NCBI GenBank assembly: GCA_041659405.1
Contig: JBAZYK010000001.1
Location: 150,001-182,000, forward strand
Direction of reading: 5' to 3'
Length of the DNA: 32,000 bases
Origin: Candidatus Altimarinota bacterium
GTDB lineage: Bacteria; Patescibacteriota; Gracilibacteria; UBA1369
Shown here in pieces: positions 26,243-32,000 of the stretch. A model generated the notes under the pieces. That model searched no databases and was not told where the DNA came from. It saw only the letters and a program-made list of their open reading frames with translations. Numbering within the stretch: the stretch's first letter is position 1; every line of letters starts with the position of its first letter. A program made the translations under genes and the position numbers.

Positions 26243-26770
26243 ATGAGCGCTGATAGAATTGTTTTGATTATATCAGTCATTTTTTTAAAGTCACTTTTTT
26301 CATTTTTTATGGATTTTCCAATAATTTTGCTGGCGAAATATTTTTATCTTTTTGTTGTTGTAATTGGAGTTCTGGTTGTTTTGATGGAAGCAAAAAAAGA
26401 CCGTGTTAATACCATTAAATTGGCTATTGCCGCTTTACCGCTTTCGTTTATTTTTTCCAGAATTGCTGCTGCGTTGTTTTATAATCCTCGGCCATTCGTG
26501 GTTGATAAAATCACGCCGCTGATTGCGCATGCGGCTGATAATGGCTTCCCTTCGGATCATACTTTGTTCGTCATGACAATTTCGGCAATCGTTTTTGCTT
26601 ATAATAAAAAAGCGGGCATGGTTTTAGTTTTATTGTCTTTAGTTGTTGGACTTAGCAGAGTTTTGGCAAAAGTGCATCACGGAATTGATATTTTGGGAGG
26701 TATGGGGCTCGCATTTGTAGCTACATATATTTGCTTTATAGGTCTAAAAAAATTGAAGTTGATAAAATAA
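26243..26770 (+). CDS. PAP2-family membrane phosphatase (undecaprenyl-diphosphatase-like)
   Basis: A multi-TM ORF with the three PAP2 motifs: ...YNPRPF, PSDH and SRVLAKVHHGIDILGG. The true start may be the internal Met (MDFPIILL, near 26309). Confidence 0.8.
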   Translation: MSADRIVLIISVIFLKSLFSFFMDFPIILLAKYFYLFVVVIGVLVVLMEAKKDRVNTIKLAIAALPLSFIFSRIAAALFYNPRPFVVDKITPLIAHAADNGFPSDHTLFVMTISAIVFAYNKKAGMVLVLLSLVVGLSRVLAKVHHGIDILGGMGLAFVATYICFIGLKKLKLIK

Positions 26771-26799
26771 AAAAAATTTATTTAATCCTAAAGAGCCAC

Positions 26800-26829
26800 G
26801 TCCCATTGATCCTCGTGGGACCATTTTTA
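26800..26829 (+). terminator. Rho-independent terminator candidate after the PAP2 gene
   Basis: GTCCCA (26800-26805) pairs with TGGGAC (26816-26821) around a 10-nt loop. The tract CATTTTTA follows. Confidence 0.5.
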
Positions 26830-26839
26830 CCTATTTCTC

Positions 26840-26868
26840 TGGACAAAAAACTGCTTATCTTTTAGAAT
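26840..26868 (+). promoter_or_regulatory. Sigma-70-like promoter upstream of purP copy 1
   Basis: TGGACA (26840-26845), a 17-nt spacer, then TAGAAT (26863-26868), about 28 nt upstream of the ATG at 26896. Confidence 0.45.
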
Positions 26869-26895
26869 AGGTCAAAGTTCATTTTGCATATAAGT

Positions 26896-27936
26896 ATGGG
26901 AAAAATCTCTGATTACGTAATCGCAACAATCGGAAGTCATTCGGCATTACAGATCCTAAAGGGCGCAAAGGATGAAGGCTTTAAGACCTTGTGTATCTGT
27001 GAAAAAGGCCGTGAGGTTGCTTACAAAAGTTTCAAAGTGGCCGATGAATTTATCATGCTTGATTCAATGAATGATTTTTTCTCGGTTGAAGAAGAGCTGA
27101 TTAAAAGAAACGCGATTTTGATTCCACATGGTTCATTTGTAAGCCAAATTGGCTGGGAAAAAGTTCAGGATTTAAAGGTTATGCATTATGGAACAAAAGG
27201 TATTCTGGAATGGGAATCGGATCGTGTAAAAGAGCGCGAATGGCTTAAGGCAGCCGGACTTCGCCAGCCAAAAGTTTTCAAAACTCCTGAAGATATTGAT
27301 CGACCGGTGATTATTAAATTTCATGGAGCTAAGGGAGGCAAAGGTTATTTCATCGCTAATAATACAAAAGAATTTCATGAACGCATCAAGGAATACCCTA
27401 ATGAAACTGGTTATGTTATTCAGGAATACATTGTAGGTGTGCCAATTTATACTCATTATTTTTATTCACGCCTGACCCAGGAATTGGAGTTGATGGGTTT
27501 TGATAAACGTTATGAATCCAACGCGGATTCAATTGGACGCATTGCCGCAAAAGATCAGCTGGATGCCAATATTCGTACATCCTACACAATTACGGGCAAT
27601 ATGCCTTTGGTACTGCGCGAATCGATTTTGCCGGAAGTTTTTGAAATGGGCGAAAATGTAGTGCGCGAGTCACGAAAATTGGCAGAGTTTAAGAGTGGAA
27701 AAATCATGACTGATGGCTTATTTGGGCCATTTTGTCTGGAAGCGATCTTGGATCCACATTTGAATTTTTATGTTTTTGAAATTTCCGCCCGCATTGTGGC
27801 AGGAACAAATCCTTACGTTCATGGCTCACCTTACACCTGGCTTCGTTACGACGAACCAATGAGCACCGGCCGTAGAATGGCGCGTGACATTAAGCAGGCA
27901 ATTGAAGGCGATCAGATTGAAAAGGTTTTGGGGTAG
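26896..27936 (+). CDS. purP: Archaeal-type FAICAR synthetase PurP (formate-dependent, ATP-grasp), paralog 1
   Basis: The N-terminus MGKISDYVIATIGSHSALQILKGAKDEGFKTLCICEKGREVAYKSF matches the PurP N-domain pattern as I recall it. An ATP-grasp C-terminal half follows (VIIKFHGAKGGKGYF..., VIQEYIVG, FVFEISARIVAGTN). I prefer the ATG at 26896 over the TTG at 26884. Confidence 0.8.
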   Translation: MGKISDYVIATIGSHSALQILKGAKDEGFKTLCICEKGREVAYKSFKVADEFIMLDSMNDFFSVEEELIKRNAILIPHGSFVSQIGWEKVQDLKVMHYGTKGILEWESDRVKEREWLKAAGLRQPKVFKTPEDIDRPVIIKFHGAKGGKGYFIANNTKEFHERIKEYPNETGYVIQEYIVGVPIYTHYFYSRLTQELELMGFDKRYESNADSIGRIAAKDQLDANIRTSYTITGNMPLVLRESILPEVFEMGENVVRESRKLAEFKSGKIMTDGLFGPFCLEAILDPHLNFYVFEISARIVAGTNPYVHGSPYTWLRYDEPMSTGRRMARDIKQAIEGDQIEKVLG

Positions 27937-27999
27937 ATTCGGCAAATACCGTCGCGATAATGCAGTAGGTAGAGAAATTTAGTCCGGTTTGGGTACTTT

Positions 28000-28512
28000 T
28001 TAAGCCTCTGATGCTGGTGGTGCTTCTGTTGATGGTGGATCTTCCGGCGGCGGTGGTGGGACGAGTGTGTCCCTTAATGCTTGGCCTAATTGTTTGCCTG
28101 TTTCATCTCTGCTGGCTTCTAATTTGCTAAGATCTGCCGGTTTTAGTCTTATGACGTAAACACGTCTTACTTCACTGATTAAAGCGCGATATTTTTCGTA
28201 GCGATCCCGCATCCTGTTAGTTGGTCCCTGCGATACCATCTGTTTAATGCGTTGCCTGAAGTCTTTTTTTTCAGTAGCTTTTGGCTTTGTTGTTTTTTCA
28301 GTCTCGAAAAGTTTCTCCATTGCTTGCCCTGCTTCAGCTCTTTTTTCTTCTAGAGCTCTTCGCAATGCTATTAAATCATCAGTTGAAAGTGTCTCCAGTT
28401 TATCCTTGCCAAAAGTTGGGGACCACGTTTTGTCGAATGTTTTCATTACTTCATCAAGTAACGCCTGGGCTTCCGTGCTCATGTTTTCTGAATGTTTTTC
28501 AGCTGTATCCAT
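28000..28512 (-). CDS. Orphan charged helical protein (170 aa) with a Pro-rich C-terminus
   Basis: The ORF runs on the opposite strand between the two purP paralogs. It is charged and coiled-coil-like and ends in PPPPPEDPPSTEAPPASEA. No motif was recognised. A same-region plus-strand ORF (28247-28525) looks like its shadow. Confidence 0.6.
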   Translation of the reverse strand: MDTAEKHSENMSTEAQALLDEVMKTFDKTWSPTFGKDKLETLSTDDLIALRRALEEKRAEAGQAMEKLFETEKTTKPKATEKKDFRQRIKQMVSQGPTNRMRDRYEKYRALISEVRRVYVIRLKPADLSKLEASRDETGKQLGQALRDTLVPPPPPEDPPSTEAPPASEA

Positions 28513-28607
28513 AGTTTTTTGTTAATTTTTTACTCGTTGTACCATTTTACCATATTGTACAGATTCCAGCAAATACCCACTTGGTTCCCAGAATGGGCAA
28601 TTACACG

Positions 28608-28688
28608 CTTACTTGTGCGTGCGCACAGATTCATGGTCAATCTTGGCTTATATTAGCCGTTTCGATTTTCAAAAGGACGTTTTTAATT
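28608..28688 (+). repeat. S-element copy S2 (extended form) in the divergent gap upstream of purP copy 2
   Basis: Sequence: TGTGCGTGCGCACA-GATTCATGGTCAATCT-TGGC-TTATATTA-GCCGT-TTCGATTTTCAAAAGGACGTTTTTAATT. It aligns with S3 (reverse complement) over about 80 nt and with S1 over the first two modules. Confidence 0.8.
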
Positions 28689-28771
28689 GATGAACTTTAT
28701 TGCACATCTGACCATTCTTTGCCCAAACGTCTTTTTTTTGGTATGCTCTGGCCTGCCAATAATTTTTTTCT

Positions 28772-29914
28772 ATGATTTCCCGCCAATCAATTTACGACAT
28801 TCTAAAAAAATACGATCCAACCAAGATTTCAATTGGGGTTTTGGGTGGGCACAGCGCTTTGGACGTTTGTCATGGTGCTAAAAAATATGGTTTCCGCACG
28901 GTTGCGGTTTGCCAAAAAGGTCGTGAAAAAACTTATTCTCAATATTACAAAACTCGTACTGATGCCAGCGGTCAGACCAAAGGCTGCGTTGATGAGGTTA
29001 TTTTGGTGGATAAATTTGCCGATATTGTTAAGCCGGAAATCCAACAAAAATTGCGTGATTTAAACACTATTTTTATCCACAACCGTTATTTTTGGGTTTA
29101 TTGTAATTTTGATGAGATTGAAAATGACTTTATGGTGCCAATTTTGGGCACTCGTGAAATGTTAAAACTGGAAGAGCGCGACGTGGCAAACAATCAGTAT
29201 TATCTTTTGGAACAGGCCGGAGTGCGCTTTCCTAAGATCTTTTCTTCACCTGAACAAATCGACAAATTGGCAATTGTAAAAGTTAATGAAGAAGAACGTG
29301 GCTATGAAAGGGCTTTTTTCCTGGCTGCGGATTTTGAGGATTTTAAAAAGAAATCCGGTGAACTTTTGGCAAATAAAACCATCTCCCAAGCTTCGCTTGA
29401 TAAAGCGGTTATTGAAGAATTTATTGTTGGAGCTCCGGTGAATTTTAATTATTTTTATTCACCAATTTCCGGCGAACTGGAACTGATGGGCACGGATATG
29501 CGCCGTCAAACCAATCTGGATGGACTTTTGCGCTTACCTGCTCCCGAACAAATTGCAGTTTTGAAATACATGAAGCCAAAAATGGTGGAAACAGGCCATG
29601 TGGCGGTAACAATTAAAGAATCATTGGTGGAAAAAGCTTTAGAAATGGGTGAAAAATTTATTCAATTAACGCAAAAAGTGATCCCGGGTGGCTTAATTGG
29701 GCCATTTGCTTTGCAAGGCGCTGTTGCCGCGGAATCCGGACGTGAAGAATTAGTGATCTTTGATGTAAGTTTGCGTATACCTGGCTCCCCTGGGACCCGT
29801 TTTACGCCCTATAGCGGCTATTTATACGGCGAAAGCGTGGGTTATGGTGATAGAATCGCTATGGAGATCCAAAACGCGCTTAAAACGAACCAATTGGATA
29901 AACTGGTGACTTAA
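28772..29914 (+). CDS. purP: Archaeal-type FAICAR synthetase PurP, paralog 2
   Basis: The N-terminus reads ISIGVLGGHSALDVCHGAKKYGFRTVAVCQKGREKTYSQYY. ATP-grasp blocks follow (AIVKVNEEERGYERAFF, VIEEFIVGAPVNFNYFYSP, VIFDVSLRIPGSPG). It is collinear with paralog 1. Confidence 0.8.
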   Translation: MISRQSIYDILKKYDPTKISIGVLGGHSALDVCHGAKKYGFRTVAVCQKGREKTYSQYYKTRTDASGQTKGCVDEVILVDKFADIVKPEIQQKLRDLNTIFIHNRYFWVYCNFDEIENDFMVPILGTREMLKLEERDVANNQYYLLEQAGVRFPKIFSSPEQIDKLAIVKVNEEERGYERAFFLAADFEDFKKKSGELLANKTISQASLDKAVIEEFIVGAPVNFNYFYSPISGELELMGTDMRRQTNLDGLLRLPAPEQIAVLKYMKPKMVETGHVAVTIKESLVEKALEMGEKFIQLTQKVIPGGLIGPFALQGAVAAESGREELVIFDVSLRIPGSPGTRFTPYSGYLYGESVGYGDRIAMEIQNALKTNQLDKLVT

Positions 29915-29955
29915 AAATACTAAAGCGCATTTACGATCCAGCATAATCATTTCCT

Positions 29956-31449
29956 ATGAAAGTCATACTACTTGCAGCGGGAAGAAGCAAAAGGCTTAAG
30001 CCGATTGAGGATAAGAATTTCTTGAAGTTTTTGGGAAAGCCCTTGTTGCTTCATCAGTTAGAGCAGCTTTCAGTTTTTTTTGATGATTTTATTGTCATTG
30101 GTGGAGCACATAATCTGGAAAAAATTCGGGAGCTTTTGAATGGCTGGAAGGCGAATAAAACTGGAGGGAAGGCAAAATCCGGCAAATCTAAATTAAAATC
30201 CACAGGTCCAAAATTCCAATTTGTTGAACAAAAAAATCTGGATGAGGGCATGGCCGGGGCTTTATTAAGCGCTGAAAGCTTAATCGGGAAAGAGCCGATT
30301 TTGGTTGTGAGTGCGAACGATGTCGTTGAAAGTCAGGCTTATAAACTTATGCTGGAAGCGATTAAGTCTGTTGATGGCGCAAACGGCCAGGCCAAGAGTG
30401 CCGCTAAAAAAAGCCAAAAAAAGCTCGTTCTGCTCGCGAAAGGAGTAGGCACTTCGGGCCAACTTGAGAGCTTTCTCATCGGCAAAAAAGTTGAAAGTTA
30501 TTTCCCTGGTGGATATTTAAAAACGGCAAAAGATGGCTCCATTCAGGGCATTGTAGAAAAACCGGGCGCGGGGAATGAACCAAGTGACATGATCAATCTG
30601 GTTATCCATTATCATAAAAACAGTGAAGCGTTATTAAAGGCTTTGCATAGCGTTAATTCGACTAAAGATGATAGATATGAAGTTGCGATGGACCACCTGA
30701 TTAAAGCAGGTCACAAGATGAAGTCAGTGCCATATAATGGCTTCTGGCAAAGCATTAAATACCCATGGCACGTTTTAAGTTTGATGGAATATTTTTTGAG
30801 AACGATTGAAGGAAACGGAGAGCGCAAGGCTCGTGGTAAAAATAAGCCCTTCATACTTGAAGGCAAAAACGTTGAAATTGCAAAAACAGCAATCATTAAA
30901 GGCCCGGTTTTTCTGGATGATGGTGTAAAAGTTTTTGAAAATGCGGTGATTTCAGGTCCGGCCTATATCGGTAAAAATAGTATTGTGGCCACAAATGCTT
31001 TGGTTCGCGGATCAATGACCGGCGAAAATTGTATTATTGGGTTTAGTACAGAAGTTGCCCGCAGCTATCTTGGTGACATGGTTTGGACTCACAGTAATTA
31101 TATTGGTGATAGTGTAATTGGTAATAATGTTTCTTTTGGAGCCGGCACGGTAACTGGCAATTTACGGCTTGATGAAGGCAATATCAAGGTTAATATTACA
31201 GATGTAAGAATCGATAGTGGCCGTAATAAATTCGGTTTAATTACAGGTAATAATGTTCGCTGTGGAATCAATACAAGCTTTATGCCAGGCGTAAAAATCG
31301 GTAATAATTCCATGATTGGTGCGGGAATAATTGTGGCGGAGGATATTCCGGACAATAAATTGGTTTATGGAAAAACTGAACTTGTAATTAAAAATTATAC
31401 AGCAAAAATCGACGAAAAAAAGCGGGCAGAGATGAAGGGGAAGTTATAA
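29956..31449 (+). CDS. Sugar-phosphate nucleotidyltransferase with a C-terminal left-handed beta-helix (GlmU/GCD1-like architecture)
   Basis: The N-terminus MKVILLAAGRSKRLKP carries the NTP-transferase G-x-G-x-R-L signature. The C-terminus has hexapeptide repeats (IGDSVIGNNVSFGAGTVTGN..., ITGNNVRCGINTSFMPGVKIGNNSMIGAG). Two Lys-rich inserts interrupt the N-domain (KANKTGGKAKSGKSKLKS and GQAKSAAKKSQKK). Substrate is unknown. Confidence 0.8.
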   Translation: MKVILLAAGRSKRLKPIEDKNFLKFLGKPLLLHQLEQLSVFFDDFIVIGGAHNLEKIRELLNGWKANKTGGKAKSGKSKLKSTGPKFQFVEQKNLDEGMAGALLSAESLIGKEPILVVSANDVVESQAYKLMLEAIKSVDGANGQAKSAAKKSQKKLVLLAKGVGTSGQLESFLIGKKVESYFPGGYLKTAKDGSIQGIVEKPGAGNEPSDMINLVIHYHKNSEALLKALHSVNSTKDDRYEVAMDHLIKAGHKMKSVPYNGFWQSIKYPWHVLSLMEYFLRTIEGNGERKARGKNKPFILEGKNVEIAKTAIIKGPVFLDDGVKVFENAVISGPAYIGKNSIVATNALVRGSMTGENCIIGFSTEVARSYLGDMVWTHSNYIGDSVIGNNVSFGAGTVTGNLRLDEGNIKVNITDVRIDSGRNKFGLITGNNVRCGINTSFMPGVKIGNNSMIGAGIIVAEDIPDNKLVYGKTELVIKNYTAKIDEKKRAEMKGKL

Positions 31450-31459
31450 ATGTGGTCGT

Positions 31460-31506
31460 TTTATCGCTCATGATGAGCTATAAAACTGGGGGTTTTGAGC
31501 GATAAA
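31460..31506. terminator. Long inverted repeat in a convergent gap (possible bidirectional terminator)
   Basis: TTTATCGCTCA (31460-31470) is the perfect reverse complement of TGAGCGATAAA (31496-31506), with a 25-nt loop. A nested 13-bp palindrome GCTCATGATGAGC (31466-31478) could compete with it. No clean U-run follows on either strand. Confidence 0.35.
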
Positions 31507-31530
31507 TTCAAAGAGCCTTAATCGTGGCTT

Positions 31531-32000
31531 CTACGTATATTTCCAAAAATTCTCTTTATTGACGGAGTGCTGCGATTCAATTTTATCTTCATAAAGCTTT
31601 ATAAAAGCGATTGATGGTTTTTCAGCATGGCCATATTTAATTTCCATTGGAACCAGTTTTCCAGTCAGGTTGTTTAATAAAACAAGATCCACTTCGGCCA
31701 TATTTTTTGATCTCCAGAAAAATAGCTTGTATGGATTGCCGAAATATTGCATGTCCCAACTTAAAGTATTTACTACTAAATTTTCAAACATTGCGCCGAT
31801 ATCCGTGCGGTTTTCAGGCAGCACAAAATTGTCGATAAGTGCGTTTCTAATGCCAAGATCAGTAAAGTATATTTTAAAATTTCTGGTTACTTCTTTCCGT
31901 GGATTGCCTGAAAAAGCTTTTAAAATATGGATAATTTTAAATTTTTCACAAAGGCCCAAATATTCAACTACTGTTTTCCTGTTGATCTCCAGTTTAAGCG
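31531..32000 (-). CDS. AAA-type ATPase with DUF4143-like C-terminal domain (COG1373-like), C-terminal part only; 5' end outside the window
   Basis: The frame stays open to the window edge (LKLEINRKTVVEYLGLCEKFKIIHILKAF...). The blocks KIYFTDLGIRNAL, GAMFENLV and AEVDLVL...PMEIKYG match what I recall of this family. Confidence 0.7.
   Translation of the reverse strand, partial: LKLEINRKTVVEYLGLCEKFKIIHILKAFSGNPRKEVTRNFKIYFTDLGIRNALIDNFVLPENRTDIGAMFENLVVNTLSWDMQYFGNPYKLFFWRSKNMAEVDLVLLNNLTGKLVPMEIKYGHAEKPSIAFIKLYEDKIESQHSVNKENFWKYT

Overview
This is a visibly AT-rich bacterial window. Most gene starts I inspected lack a Shine-Dalgarno sequence, and many proteins carry low-complexity inserts. 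Together these fit a streamlined Patescibacteria/CPR-type genome, but that placement is inference only. Left end: an F1Fo ATP synthase operon (atpF fragment, atpH, atpA, atpG, atpD, atpC). Positions 5334-16021 (minus strand) hold a tightly packed five-gene operon of large orphan proteins: a 184-aa two-TM protein, a 528-aa coiled-coil protein, a 535-aa tail-anchored Pro/Gln-rich protein, an 831-aa polytopic membrane protein, and a 1405-aa giant with Gly/Ala-rich ends. None shows a catalytic or NTPase motif I can recognise. This operon is the best candidate for an undescribed system. The rest of the window holds an HNH-domain protein, purL, rpsR-ssb-rpsF, a structured non-coding region with RNase P RNA-like motifs, a LysM/M23 peptidase, yidD, purH, a glutaredoxin, a PAP2 phosphatase, two archaeal-type purP paralogs flanking an orphan gene, a nucleotidyltransferase/LbH protein, and a partial DUF4143-type ATPase. 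Two families of structured non-coding repeats stand out. The 'E' elements follow atpA and atpD: an identical 42-nt GC-rich core closed by long stems of largely different sequence. The 'S' elements occur in three full copies of 54-100 nt, each with a 14-bp palindrome plus a second hairpin, and one copy lies antisense inside the HNH coding sequence. No CRISPR array, tRNA, rRNA or recognisable transposase was seen.
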